From Gammaproteobacteria bacterium (GTDB taxonomy: Bacteria > Pseudomonadota > Gammaproteobacteria > QZLD01), in assembly GCA_033852155.1 (NCBI GenBank), contig JAWSVA010000004.1, forward strand, positions 7,830 to 71,829: DNA of 64,000 nucleotides. The letters are read 5' to 3'. The translations under genes and the position numbers were made by a program. The stretch's first letter is position 1. Every line of letters begins with the position of its first letter. Below, piece by piece: positions 9,421 to 19,513 of the stretch. The notes under the pieces were generated by a model, which saw only the letters and a program-made list of their open reading frames with translations, was not told where the DNA came from and did not search any database.

Positions 9421-10473
9421 TTATCCAAGATTTTTAGAGATCATTGGGCCAATAACGCGACAAAGACCAAGAGGCAACTTCTTCCAAGTATCGATAAAAA
9501 ATTTATACTTTGGATTATTAGGGTTAATCTCTGGCATCTTATCTGCTTTTACCAAATAGTATTGATACGGAAGCGGTTCTGGTACAAATCCCCAGTTCTT
9601 TTTAAAACTATAGGCCCCAGTTCCCTCTTTACTACGGCCAAAATCAAAAATTCTACACCCTTTTTCTGCTGCGCGACGCATCACTTCCCAATACATAAAA
9701 TCATTGCCTGCAAGTGATCGAGCAGAATCTTTACCACCGCCGTAATAAGGCAATACTGCATCACGAAAATAAAAATTCATAACACTGGCAACCACTTCAC
9801 CTTCATGGGTAATAGTTACTATTTCACACTTATCTTTAAATACATCTTTAAGAATCTGGAAATATTTTTTCGCAAAGACTGGAGTTCCCAATCTCCAAAC
9901 ACTAAAGGAATACGCATCAAAAAAACGTTCAATATCTTCGTCAATCTCACTTTGTAAGCCAGCTTTAATACCCTTACGCACCATCGCCCTTTGCTTGCGA
10001 GGGATAGCTGACATATTCTCATCGTCATCAGAGCTTATCTCTTTACTAAAGGTTACATACAGCTCTTTAGTTGGCCATTCTGGATTATTTATTTTCCGTT
10101 CACGCAGTTCAAGACTATCTACCTTTAGCTGATCCGCCAGTTTACAAGCCTGCTGTTCCAGTAATTCCCTTACATCATCAGAATCTGCTATTGCCCCACC
10201 ATATACAGTAAAAGGCATACTCACTAAATTATTACCAAATAACATACTCTTTACATGGCCGAGAGGAAGCACACCTACTATCTTGCCACTAGATTCTCCA
10301 TCCGCAACAGATTCGGCATAATACATATAAGTCTTATGACCAAAGGCCTTTTCAATAACTGCTTGCCACTCCGCTAAATGGAAAAAAGTGCCATCAGCAT
10401 TATTAGTGACGTATTGATTCCAATCCGCATATTTATCTTTAGTAAGTAGTTTTATCGCTAATGCTTCGTTCAT
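9421..10473 (-). CDS. FemAB-family (GNAT-fold) protein of the type associated with XrtA/PEP-CTERM systems.
   Basis: 350 aa cytoplasmic protein. It is the expected size and occupies the locus position of the exosortase-associated FemAB-like proteins. Recognition is by context and general composition and is moderate. Confidence 0.55.
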   Translation of the reverse strand: MNEALAIKLLTKDKYADWNQYVTNNADGTFFHLAEWQAVIEKAFGHKTYMYYAESVADGESSGKIVGVLPLGHVKSMLFGNNLVSMPFTVYGGAIADSDDVRELLEQQACKLADQLKVDSLELRERKINNPEWPTKELYVTFSKEISSDDDENMSAIPRKQRAMVRKGIKAGLQSEIDEDIERFFDAYSFSVWRLGTPVFAKKYFQILKDVFKDKCEIVTITHEGEVVASVMNFYFRDAVLPYYGGGKDSARSLAGNDFMYWEVMRRAAEKGCRIFDFGRSKEGTGAYSFKKNWGFVPEPLPYQYYLVKADKMPEINPNNPKYKFFIDTWKKLPLGLCRVIGPMISKNLG

Positions 10474-10485
10474 TCTAATCCTAAT

Positions 10486-11343
10486 TTATTTATTAAGGTC
10501 TACGCGCGGCTTATCTTCTGGCTGTAAGAAAATATTATCCATCCGGTCCCAATCAAAATCCTGTAACAATCTACCTAATCTTTTTTCCATTCGACTAAGA
10601 TTAGTATAGTGCCTAAACTTAGTCTTAAAGTTAGTTCCTTCTTGTCTTGGCTGCTCAGGGTCTATCTCCCACGGATGAAAATAGAAAACAGACGCCTGTT
10701 TATCAACTTTATTTACTTTATTTATTGCGCGCTTAGACCAAAAATATGGCAACAAGCGAAAATAACCTCCGCCACCACAAGGAAAATTATTCCCCAACAC
10801 CTTAGTTGTAGTTACTGGAACTTCGATAAGATCCAGATCATTTGGTAAAAATGCAAAGCGTGGTGCATCAGGCATCCCATAAAGATCGTGGTGAATCGGA
10901 TATATACTTGAGCTATATTTATGCCCAGTTTCCTGCAATATATCTAATGCCCACAAATTCTTTGTTCCAATGGAGTAGCTCGGAGCCCTATAACCTTTTA
11001 TCTCTGTACCAGATAAATCCTCCAACAGCTTTTTGGTCTTTATAATATCTTCTCTAAATTCATCTTTAGTCATCTTGATGATACGAACATGATCCCAACC
11101 ATGACTAGCAAGCTCATGCCCCTGCTCAACAATTCTTTTAATTAACTGAGGATATCTATGGGCCACCCAACCAAGTACGAAAAATGTTGCTTTAACACCA
11201 TGCTGTGAAAATAGCTGCAGCGCTTTATCGGTATTTTGCTCTACACGACATGGTAATCTCTCCCAATCAGATCGATCGATTACATTTTCAAAGGCTGAAA
11301 CCTGAAAATAATCTTCTATATCAATGGTCATAGCATTTTTCAT
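10486..11343 (-). CDS. Polysaccharide deacetylase (NodB family) of the XrtA-locus type.
   Basis: 285 aa. MTIDIEDYFQ at the N-terminus and the HGWDH motif match the NodB/CE4 catalytic motifs. Confidence 0.7.
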   Translation of the reverse strand: MKNAMTIDIEDYFQVSAFENVIDRSDWERLPCRVEQNTDKALQLFSQHGVKATFFVLGWVAHRYPQLIKRIVEQGHELASHGWDHVRIIKMTKDEFREDIIKTKKLLEDLSGTEIKGYRAPSYSIGTKNLWALDILQETGHKYSSSIYPIHHDLYGMPDAPRFAFLPNDLDLIEVPVTTTKVLGNNFPCGGGGYFRLLPYFWSKRAINKVNKVDKQASVFYFHPWEIDPEQPRQEGTNFKTKFRHYTNLSRMEKRLGRLLQDFDWDRMDNIFLQPEDKPRVDLNK

Positions 11344-11397
11344 GATTTCAGCTTCGCTTGATTTATGTACAAAGTTATAAATACTTTTAAAAAAAGA

Positions 11398-12534
11398 TTA
11401 AGACAATTGCTCTAACCACTGCGATAGGTGTGCAGCAATACGTTTAGCAGTATTTCCATCCCAATATTCTGGAATACGCCCTGCCTTTCCTTTTCCTTCC
11501 ATCACCTGGTCAAAAGTTTTAAGTATCAGCTCACGATCTGTACCAACAATTGTATTGGTACCATCGGTAGCGGTAATAGGTCTTTCAGTGGATTCTCGCA
11601 GAGTTACACAAGGTACACCAAGAGCCGTTGTCTCCTCCTGAATCCCTCCAGAATCAGTCAATACAACCTTTGCCCCTTGCATCAATCCCAGCATATCTAG
11701 ATATCCAGCTGGAGGTATTCGCAGGATAGAATCAGTCTGTAATAACCCCTCTAACCCAAATATCTCAATTTTTGATGCTGTACGCGGATGAACTGGAAAT
11801 ACGATAGGGATGCGTTTACTGATTGTATTCATTGTTTCCAATAAACCACGTAAAGTAGCCTCATCATCCACATTAGATGGGCGATGCAGGGTTAAAATCG
11901 CATAACTTCCATTTTCCCCTGTGAATTTTTCCCCTCCACCGTTGTTTGCAAATATTTGCTGCGCTGGAGTTGCCTGTTCTAAGTTATTACGCAAGGTATC
12001 AATCATCACATTACCAACGAACTGCACTTTCTTGCCAGCAATCCCCTCTTGAGCTAGGTTATCTGCTGCTTCACGCTCAGTGGTATAAAGTAAGTCAGAT
12101 AGTTGATCTGTAAGTATTCTATTAATCTCTTCCGGCATAGTGCGATCGCGACTACGCAATCCTGCCTCAACATGAATAACAGGAATATTTTTTTTCGCAG
12201 CGACTAAACCACAAGCAACAGTTGAATTAACATCCCCGACAACTAACACTGCTGCAGGATTATGTTTATCAACTTCGGGCTCAAATCTTTTCATTATATC
12301 TGCAGTTTGTACTGCATGAGAGCCTGAACCAACACCAAGATCAACATCAGGTTTTGGAATTCCAAGTTGATCAAAAAATGTTTTTTTCATCGCCTCATCA
12401 TAGTGCTGTCCTGTATGTACCAAAACAGCGTTTATTTGACTATTTTCTCTATTAAATTCAGCCATTAATGGAGCTATTTTCATAAAATTTGGTCTAGCTC
12501 CAACCACACACATAACTGTTTTATTTTTTTCCAC
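11398..12534 (-). CDS. wecB: UDP-N-acetylglucosamine 2-epimerase (non-hydrolysing)
   Basis: 378 aa with the characteristic MKIAPL...HTGQHYD...RPNFMK and HVEAGLRS motifs. Confidence 0.85.
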   Translation of the reverse strand: MEKNKTVMCVVGARPNFMKIAPLMAEFNRENSQINAVLVHTGQHYDEAMKKTFFDQLGIPKPDVDLGVGSGSHAVQTADIMKRFEPEVDKHNPAAVLVVGDVNSTVACGLVAAKKNIPVIHVEAGLRSRDRTMPEEINRILTDQLSDLLYTTEREAADNLAQEGIAGKKVQFVGNVMIDTLRNNLEQATPAQQIFANNGGGEKFTGENGSYAILTLHRPSNVDDEATLRGLLETMNTISKRIPIVFPVHPRTASKIEIFGLEGLLQTDSILRIPPAGYLDMLGLMQGAKVVLTDSGGIQEETTALGVPCVTLRESTERPITATDGTNTIVGTDRELILKTFDQVMEGKGKAGRIPEYWDGNTAKRIAAHLSQWLEQLS

Positions 12535-12590
12535 GTCGTCCTTCCCAGGAATTAACTCATGCTATTTAAATTTTGGGGGTGGCAGATTAA

Positions 12591-13694
12591 TTAATTACCG
12601 CCATCTTGGTTAGAGCCAAACTGTTTGCGAATATTTCCAAATAAGATTTCATGAAGATATTCAATTTTCATCTCCAGTTTATTAACTTTTTTCTCTAATC
12701 CTTCTATCTTTTCTTCAGCCCCTTCAAGTGCTGCTGAAGTTATGGCCTTATATTCATCGTAATTTCTTTGCGGTGTACCAGGCTTGGTCTTTTTACTTGA
12801 TTCAGATGATTCCGCAATACACTTATCAAAAAACCGCTCCGAAATATCTACATCATCTTTTTGTGACTCATGAGTTATAGCAAGCATTTCCCCTTTTAGC
12901 TCATTAACAACTCTTATCGTTACATCGCTATTAAAGTGATCAAGCTCTTCAATCGCACCAAGCAATAGCAGCCTATTACACAATCTATTAATTTTACGAG
13001 GGATACCGCCAGAGTTTTCAAAAATTGACCTTAAAGCATCATCAGCAAACTCTGGCCTACTCTTCCAGCCAGATTTAATTAAACGATAAAGAATATAGTC
13101 CTTTGTCTCTTCTGAACTTAATGGTTCTAGATGGCAAGAAGCTATTATTCTTTGCCGAAACTGCTCCATAGATTCATGCCCAAGCAAATACTGTAGTTCA
13201 ATCTGCCCCAATAAAAAGCACTGTAATACTGGCTTACCTTTATAACTTATATTAGAAAGCATACGCAGCTCTTCTAAACCTGATAACGACAAATTCTGAG
13301 CTTCGTCAATTACAAGCAATACTCTCTTTCCATCTTTAGAAACCTTAAACAGATACTCTTCAAGCTTGCCAATTGCTTGAGGTTTTGTCAGCCCTTTACT
13401 ATCAATTTTCAAGGCTGAGCAAACCATATATGGGATATCATCCCCATCTAACTGAGTTGTAACAATTCTTGAAGCTATAACTGGACCAAACTCTAATACT
13501 GAAAACAACCTTTCAACCAAGGTTGTTTTACCAGTACCAATATCGCCAGTAATAACAATAAAACCTTCACCTTGCTTTAATCCATATTGGAGATAAGCGA
13601 ACCCTTGCTTATGTACCTTGCTACCAAAAAACAGGTCCATATTTGGAGTTAGTTGAAAAGGGTTGCCTTTAAATCCGTAAAAATCTTCGTACAT
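12591..13694 (-). CDS. AAA-type ATPase (ExeA-like) of the XrtA/PEP-CTERM-associated type.
   Basis: 367 aa. The Walker A motif is GDIGTGKTT and Walker B is LLVIDEAQNL. There is a C-terminal coiled-coil tail. Confidence 0.65.
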   Translation of the reverse strand: MYEDFYGFKGNPFQLTPNMDLFFGSKVHKQGFAYLQYGLKQGEGFIVITGDIGTGKTTLVERLFSVLEFGPVIASRIVTTQLDGDDIPYMVCSALKIDSKGLTKPQAIGKLEEYLFKVSKDGKRVLLVIDEAQNLSLSGLEELRMLSNISYKGKPVLQCFLLGQIELQYLLGHESMEQFRQRIIASCHLEPLSSEETKDYILYRLIKSGWKSRPEFADDALRSIFENSGGIPRKINRLCNRLLLLGAIEELDHFNSDVTIRVVNELKGEMLAITHESQKDDVDISERFFDKCIAESSESSKKTKPGTPQRNYDEYKAITSAALEGAEEKIEGLEKKVNKLEMKIEYLHEILFGNIRKQFGSNQDGGN

Positions 13695-13739
13695 ATTTGT
13701 TCCGCAAGCAATAGTCTGAATGCTTTATGATTAATACAA

Positions 13740-15182
13740 TTAATATTTCAGCTCAGCCCCAACAGTAAATTTTGCCTGTTTATATTCAAAAGCGGCTTCT
13801 GTGCCATCACGAATTCCTGCTTGAACAGCAGTATACCAGATTGCTTTTTTACTCATGTTTCTAGTGTATTTCAATGAGTAAGTGCTCATATCATCTAATC
13901 TATCATTTAAATCATCTCCAAGCCTCCACCATCTTAGGTTAGCTCTGATATTTGATTTACTTGATAGGGTATAATCCCACTGAATATCTGCCCCAATAAA
14001 AATCTCATTCTGCCCTAAATTTCTATAAATTCGATCTTCGTATTTCAAGGTTAAATCGATACTGTTTTTTACACCCTCAACATTCCAGGTGAGACGTGTT
14101 TTTTTCTGTACATAGACATCACTTTCTCCACGATAAAACTTATATAAACGTTCATCAACAAGCTGATCTGTAATATCCTGAGTTACTCGATTTACCTGCT
14201 GTTCGCTATAACTTAGGCTTAATGCAGTTTTATTATTTTCATAGCTGAAACTTGCAAGATATGTGTCACCATAAAGGTCTTCCCCACCACCAAACTCAAG
14301 CTTTGTTCTAGTTGATAGCGAGTAAGCAATTTTTGCATCCCAAACATTACCTTCAAACCAGGAATAATTGGTAGATGAGCTAAGCCGCTCCCATTTCTTC
14401 CCAAGCATAATATAAAATATAGCTCTATTAAAAATAGGGTAACTAGATACCAAATCTACTTGTCTATATTCTGAAGCATTAAAGCCTTCAGTTTGTATAT
14501 ATTCGAAGCTGGAATTAATATTCCAATTAAACAATGCTGATCTAGATGCTGTGCCAAATGATACAATCGCATCATGCTCTTCAACATCATCGATTCCTCG
14601 ATCATAATATATTTTTCCGTGCGACGATGAATAACTAACGCCTAAATCACCAGATATCGGCAGTACAAACCTAGGCTTAATCTGCCCAGTATATTTATTA
14701 GCGCTGTTGGCGCCATAGATCAATCCATCAAATGATATTGCATCTTCAGCATCTATTACTTCACTTTCATGTGAGACATAAAAATCAGTAAAAAACCTAT
14801 CCCTGATTAACTCAACCCCAAGATCACCTCTTAGCAGATGTTGCATGTCATTCATACCGCTATTTTTGGCGTACATATACCCCGAAGCTCTATAATCCAT
14901 ATAGGCATTAACTCTACGGCCTTGGCTCTTAAGGTTCACAAAAGGCGAAACTAATAGATAGCTATCTGATTCACGTTGCGCAGCCCCAATATCAACATTA
15001 TCTGTAAAAACATATTCTGAGGTAACCCCAGCATTAAGCTCCAACTTTTTTGCATATATGGTTGTTGAAAATAAAAGCAGTAAAACCACAACTGATTTAT
15101 TAACGAATACAAATGGGTTTTTAATTAAATAAACCACGGCATTCCCTCGTCTATTTATATTGTCTTCTATATGATGAACCAT
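13740..15182 (-). CDS. Putative outer-membrane beta-barrel protein of the PEP-CTERM-system-associated type.
   Basis: 480 aa. A hydrophobic signal-like segment VVVLLLLFSTTIYA lies near the N-terminus. The composition is rich in alternating aromatic residues and ends in a terminal ...AELKY (aromatic C-terminus). The annotated start overlaps the upstream gene by 32 nt, so the true start may be further downstream. Confidence 0.5.
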   Translation of the reverse strand: MVHHIEDNINRRGNAVVYLIKNPFVFVNKSVVVLLLLFSTTIYAKKLELNAGVTSEYVFTDNVDIGAAQRESDSYLLVSPFVNLKSQGRRVNAYMDYRASGYMYAKNSGMNDMQHLLRGDLGVELIRDRFFTDFYVSHESEVIDAEDAISFDGLIYGANSANKYTGQIKPRFVLPISGDLGVSYSSSHGKIYYDRGIDDVEEHDAIVSFGTASRSALFNWNINSSFEYIQTEGFNASEYRQVDLVSSYPIFNRAIFYIMLGKKWERLSSSTNYSWFEGNVWDAKIAYSLSTRTKLEFGGGEDLYGDTYLASFSYENNKTALSLSYSEQQVNRVTQDITDQLVDERLYKFYRGESDVYVQKKTRLTWNVEGVKNSIDLTLKYEDRIYRNLGQNEIFIGADIQWDYTLSSKSNIRANLRWWRLGDDLNDRLDDMSTYSLKYTRNMSKKAIWYTAVQAGIRDGTEAAFEYKQAKFTVGAELKY

Positions 15183-16134
15183 AGTAAGGATTTGAATTTC
15201 TTGTCCTTGATTTATTTAAAACAAGATTAACAATATCGTTATCATCCAGTATATCAACTGCTTTTTTTACATTTTCATGAGAGGTTGAGTAAGACTCAAC
15301 AACCAATACAACCTGCCCAACAATGTCAGCTAAAACCTTTGCTTCACTTGTAATAAGAAGAGGAGGTGAATCCAGAATAACAGCACGATCATTATATCTT
15401 TGTGAAATCTCATCTATAAGCGATAGCATTGCGCTACTTGCAAGAATTTCAGTTGCTTTTTCATGCCCGCTTCCTGCTGGTAGTATTACTAGGTTTTCAA
15501 TATTAGTTTTAACCAATACGTCGGTCATTTTAATAGTGTCATCAACCAATAAATCAATTAGCCCCGGTAAATCAGGGTCCAAACCAAGATATTCACTTAT
15601 CGATGGTTTAGGAATATCTGCATCGATAAGCAAAACCGTTGTATCCATCTCTGTAGCCATGCTCATAGCCAAGTTAATTGATGTAAAAGTTTTCCCTTCA
15701 CCAGGTAAGGCACTAGTTACCATTATAATATTAGAGTTATCGAACTCTTTAGATGCTGCCCCAAATGCATTATTTAGAATAGGCCTTTTAATAATTCTAA
15801 ACTCTTCAACTAAAGAATTATCATCTCTACTTGAAGTGATAATATTTTTGCTTTCAAGCTTACGCAAATCAATTTTCTGAGGTTTTGCGCTAGTTATGAT
15901 ATTTGATTCGCTTTCAGCCGCAATCTGACTTTGTCTATTAGCCGAATTAGAGTTATCTTTATTTTTGGAAGCTTTTCCCGGCTCATTCCAAAATTCAGCT
16001 GGATTTAACTCATCATTATATTCTTCTTCAATACGTTTACGATAATCTTGCTGATCTTTTTGTTCATCTACACTTGAACTTTCAGCTGAACCACTCTTTT
16101 TTAGTTTGTTAAATGCATTTTCTATAGTGCTCAT
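15151..16134 (-). CDS. BY-kinase ATPase subunit. This is the Wzc C-terminal-like tyrosine autokinase (EpsG type).
   Basis: 327 aa. It has Walker A ALPGEGKTFTSINLA, Walker A' VLLIDADIPKPS and Walker B VILDSPP. The C-terminal tail is Tyr-rich: PYYGSSYRRQYK. Confidence 0.7.
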   Translation of the reverse strand: MSTIENAFNKLKKSGSAESSSVDEQKDQQDYRKRIEEEYNDELNPAEFWNEPGKASKNKDNSNSANRQSQIAAESESNIITSAKPQKIDLRKLESKNIITSSRDDNSLVEEFRIIKRPILNNAFGAASKEFDNSNIIMVTSALPGEGKTFTSINLAMSMATEMDTTVLLIDADIPKPSISEYLGLDPDLPGLIDLLVDDTIKMTDVLVKTNIENLVILPAGSGHEKATEILASSAMLSLIDEISQRYNDRAVILDSPPLLITSEAKVLADIVGQVVLVVESYSTSHENVKKAVDILDDNDIVNLVLNKSRTRNSNPYYGSSYRRQYK

Positions 16135-16135
16135 A

Positions 16136-17752
16136 TTAACCTACCAATTGAGTCAGCTTAGCGGCCAGATCTATTCCAGCATAGTGGATAAAAACAATAG
16201 TTATAAAAAAACAAAAATATATTACAAATCCAAGAGAAAACGTCATTATCTCAAACTTACGTTTTATTTTTCTTCTGCTATCGACTACTAAAGATACAGC
16301 TCCTAAAATAGGTCTATCGGCTATTTTCTCTAACGTCTTTTGACTATCAACTATTGGTTTTATCTGCCCTAAAAAGAAAGCAAAGAAAATACCACAAGCA
16401 AGTGAAGCCAGCATAACCACAGCTGAAAAAATAATTCTCGGGGGACCAGATGGATTAAATCCAACATATGGAGGATCAACAACATCAAAGTTAACGTTAT
16501 CAGTTCTTTGCTCCACATTTTGCGATATTAATGCAGACTCTTTTCGATCGACTAAAGCCTCATAATTTTTCTTATGTATACTATAATCTCTATTCAAGCT
16601 TTTTAATTCTGCTTCTACAGCTGGTATGATATCAATCTTAGCTTTTAACTTCTCTACCCTGTCCTGATATTCCACCAGCCTTGCTTTTGATACCGCTAAA
16701 TCAGCTTCCGTATTTCCATAGGATATCAATAGTTCCTGATAGATCGGGTTGGTATTAAGCATATCAAGAGGATTAGCATTTATTTTTGCAACCACATCTT
16801 GCTCAATTTTTTCCATGTCTGCTGCACGCTTCGATTCCAACTGAGAAAGCATTGCTTGAGCTTGAACTACATCTGGATGCTCATCAGTAAACCGTAGTTT
16901 AAGATTTCTTAAAGTATCCTTGTATTCTTCAATATCACTATCTAAATCGTGTTCAAAATCTTTACTTAATTTTTCACCTGAGCTTCTTTCAGAAACTTTT
17001 TTAGCTTCCTCAATGGCGTCTTTTTTCTGCTTATCTATAAGCTTTTGTAATCTCTTGCGCTTATTTTTCAACTCTGTATTTACAAGTCTATGCTTTTCCA
17101 GGTCATCTAAAGCACGCTGCATTCTGACATAATAGCCACCGCTATCACCAGGCATCTCACCAACATGTTCTCTTTTAAACTCTTTTAAACTGTTTTCAGC
17201 CTCTTCAAGTTTTTCTTTGTATTCATCAATTTGCTGATCAAGAAATGCTTGAGCAACATCAGTATCCTTTCTATTAGCACCCAGAGTGCTCTCAATAAAA
17301 ACTGTTAATATTGAGCTTACTACTTTTTTAGCTACCACTGGATCTTCATGAACATAGATAATTTTGTATTGGTCTTTTTGCAGATATCGACCAATTTTAA
17401 TTTTTTTCTCTAGTTGCTTAAGCAGTTTCTCTTCATCTTCTTCAGAGCTAACCTCAATATCTAAATCCGCCATCCTCGCAATTTGCTGTAGCTTAGGACG
17501 GGTAAATAGACGGATTTTTATCTGGCGCACTCTTTCTGAAAGATTAGTTGTTACTACAAGCCTGCCTAAAAGTGGTTTTAGAATTGATTCAGTATCAGCA
17601 TAAACAGTCGCAGTTGCTTCATACTGATCAGGAAGCTGTGCTACGACCCCCCAGCCTAAAACACCAACAAACCATGCGACAGCCAACATTACCCAGCGAA
17701 AACGCCAGACACTTCTTAGATATGTGAATAACTTATCTATAAATTCAAGCAT
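16136..17752 (-). CDS. Polysaccharide chain-length determinant (Wzz/Wzc N-terminal-like) of the PEP-CTERM locus subfamily (EpsF type).
   Basis: 538 aa. There is an N-terminal TM segment, a long coiled-coil periplasmic region and a C-terminal TM segment. It sits immediately upstream of the split kinase subunit. Confidence 0.7.
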   Translation of the reverse strand: MLEFIDKLFTYLRSVWRFRWVMLAVAWFVGVLGWGVVAQLPDQYEATATVYADTESILKPLLGRLVVTTNLSERVRQIKIRLFTRPKLQQIARMADLDIEVSSEEDEEKLLKQLEKKIKIGRYLQKDQYKIIYVHEDPVVAKKVVSSILTVFIESTLGANRKDTDVAQAFLDQQIDEYKEKLEEAENSLKEFKREHVGEMPGDSGGYYVRMQRALDDLEKHRLVNTELKNKRKRLQKLIDKQKKDAIEEAKKVSERSSGEKLSKDFEHDLDSDIEEYKDTLRNLKLRFTDEHPDVVQAQAMLSQLESKRAADMEKIEQDVVAKINANPLDMLNTNPIYQELLISYGNTEADLAVSKARLVEYQDRVEKLKAKIDIIPAVEAELKSLNRDYSIHKKNYEALVDRKESALISQNVEQRTDNVNFDVVDPPYVGFNPSGPPRIIFSAVVMLASLACGIFFAFFLGQIKPIVDSQKTLEKIADRPILGAVSLVVDSRRKIKRKFEIMTFSLGFVIYFCFFITIVFIHYAGIDLAAKLTQLVG

Positions 17753-17780
17753 TATTTATATACGCTCTCGTTAGAGTATT

Positions 17781-18404
17781 CTAAAACCATGACTCAGGAA
17801 TTATAATTGTATCACCAGGCATCATAGGAACATTTGCTGATATATCACCATCTTTTATCAAATCACCCAGGCGCACTCTATATTGTTTTGAAACTCCATT
17901 TTCTTTTCTAATAATAGAAGCCATATTTCCTGATGCATTGACCGTTAATCCACCAACTGAGATCACAATATCGAGTACTGTCATACCTGACCTGTAAGGA
18001 ATTGCTATGGGCCTTCCTGCCTCACCTATAACGCGAACTAACTGTCCATATTCACCCGCAAACACTTTAACTAATACAGTTACTTGAGGATTCCGAATAT
18101 ACTTTTTAAGTAGTTTTTCAATTTCACGCGCTAAAGCTGAAGGAGTTTTACCCGCTGCAACAAGGTCTTCAATTAATGGGGTGTTTATTTTTCCATCAGG
18201 TCTTACAGGAATTTCAACAGAGAGATCAGCATTCCTCCATACGAATATATCTAGTCCATCTCCTGGACCAATAAGATAATCAATAGATTTACTCTTACCA
18301 ATTGACGTTGGAGCTTCCGGATAACTTGCCACACACCCAGTAATAGCACCAAAAAAAACCAGATAAGCAACTAATTTTGCTATAAAAAATTTCATCATTA
18401 CCAC
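17781..18404 (-). CDS. Polysaccharide export protein (Wza/EpsE-like lipoprotein)
   Basis: 207 aa. The signal peptide carries a lipobox-like ITGC. The PGDGLDIFVW and DGDISANVPMMPGDTIIIP motifs are typical of the Wza/soluble-ligand-binding beta-grasp family. Confidence 0.7.
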   Translation of the reverse strand: MVMMKFFIAKLVAYLVFFGAITGCVASYPEAPTSIGKSKSIDYLIGPGDGLDIFVWRNADLSVEIPVRPDGKINTPLIEDLVAAGKTPSALAREIEKLLKKYIRNPQVTVLVKVFAGEYGQLVRVIGEAGRPIAIPYRSGMTVLDIVISVGGLTVNASGNMASIIRKENGVSKQYRVRLGDLIKDGDISANVPMMPGDTIIIPESWF

Positions 18405-18538
18405 CTACTATACGATAAATGAACAAAAAGAGATTATTTAGCCTACAACATTAACAATAAAAAAGTTACGGACAACATTCCATGATTCTGCCGCACTTAA
18501 TAGAATAAGAATAATTTAGAAATCTACTTTTAGCAATT

Positions 18539-18566
18539 AAAAAAGGCTGCATAAGCAGCCTTTTTA
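18539..18566. terminator. Rho-independent, apparently bidirectional terminator immediately after the PEP-CTERM gene.
   Basis: The hairpin aaggctgc-ataa-gcagcctt is flanked by an A-run (18539-18544) and a T-run (18561-18565). Confidence 0.6.
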
Positions 18567-18585
18567 TTTCAAAGCAGTTAAAGAT

Positions 18586-19344
18586 TTACTTTCTTTTTCT
18601 ACTTACAAATCCAAATGCAGCTAATCCAAGACCAAAAATGGCTAATAAAGCTGGCTCAGGAATAGCTTCAACAGACTCAACCATAACTACAAAGTCAGTA
18701 TAGTCTTTATCTGATGTTGCTAGAGGCATATCTTCCCATGCAAGAATATACTCATCTGCTGTCCAAGTTCCTTTATCAGCTCCTGGCAATTCAATCTCAT
18801 CACCCTGCCCCTGATACGCAACCATGTGATCATCACCTTTCACATCACCATCAGCTGATTCATTTAAAATTGCTTGTGAATAATAAATCTCACCGCTACC
18901 TGAGTTCAGATAATAACCAAAACGATCGCGCTCAAACAAACCAGCCTTATATCCAACAAAAGCATTCTCATCATCTAAAGTTACAACAGAAACCACTCCA
19001 GCTGCATTGATAGATAGCGTAGATTTATAGCCAGCCACATGATCGCCAGCAAATAACTCAATTGAATTAAGTGGGTTTGAATAATCATATACACCAAATG
19101 AGTTTATATTTTCATACCCAGCAAGCTCAATTACCAAAGTAGCAAAAGACCCTCCAGATGCGGTTAACGACCAAAGCTCGTCATTTCTCATCTGGTCAGT
19201 ATGAACGTTTACAGAAGAATCTCCGACAACAGTGATATCATTTAAAACACCTTGCAGGGCATTGCCCTTAACAACAGTAGCTGAAGCAGTGCTCGCTAGC
19301 ACAAGCAAAGTTGTTGCAATTAGTGACGTCAAAAGTTTTTTCAT
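18586..19344 (-). CDS. PEP-CTERM sorting-domain protein. This is the exosortase substrate.
   Basis: 252 aa. It has a signal peptide MKKLLTSLIATTLLVLASTASA. The C-terminus IPEPALLAIFGLGLAAFGFVSRKRK gives the PEP motif, a hydrophobic TM helix and a basic tail. This is the canonical tripartite PEP-CTERM signal. Confidence 0.85.
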   Translation of the reverse strand: MKKLLTSLIATTLLVLASTASATVVKGNALQGVLNDITVVGDSSVNVHTDQMRNDELWSLTASGGSFATLVIELAGYENINSFGVYDYSNPLNSIELFAGDHVAGYKSTLSINAAGVVSVVTLDDENAFVGYKAGLFERDRFGYYLNSGSGEIYYSQAILNESADGDVKGDDHMVAYQGQGDEIELPGADKGTWTADEYILAWEDMPLATSDKDYTDFVVMVESVEAIPEPALLAIFGLGLAAFGFVSRKRK

Positions 19345-19393
19345 TTTATCTACCTTTGTATTGTATGGTAAAACAATTAATTTGAAATCTATT

Positions 19394-19411
19394 TAGCAAC
19401 AACCATACCAA
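19394..19411 (-). promoter_or_regulatory. Candidate sigma-54 (-24/-12) promoter for the PEP-CTERM gene.
   Basis: The minus strand reads TGGTATG-gttg-TTGCT, against the consensus TGGCACG-N4-TTGCW, with exact spacing. It is located about 50 nt upstream of the ATG. Confidence 0.45.
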
Positions 19412-19513
19412 CATTAAAATATTCTTATTTATCAAAATAATAATCAAGCATTGCATATTTCACAAAGCACTCAATGTAAAATATGCTGACACAATTTAAA
19501 AACTATTTTTACG

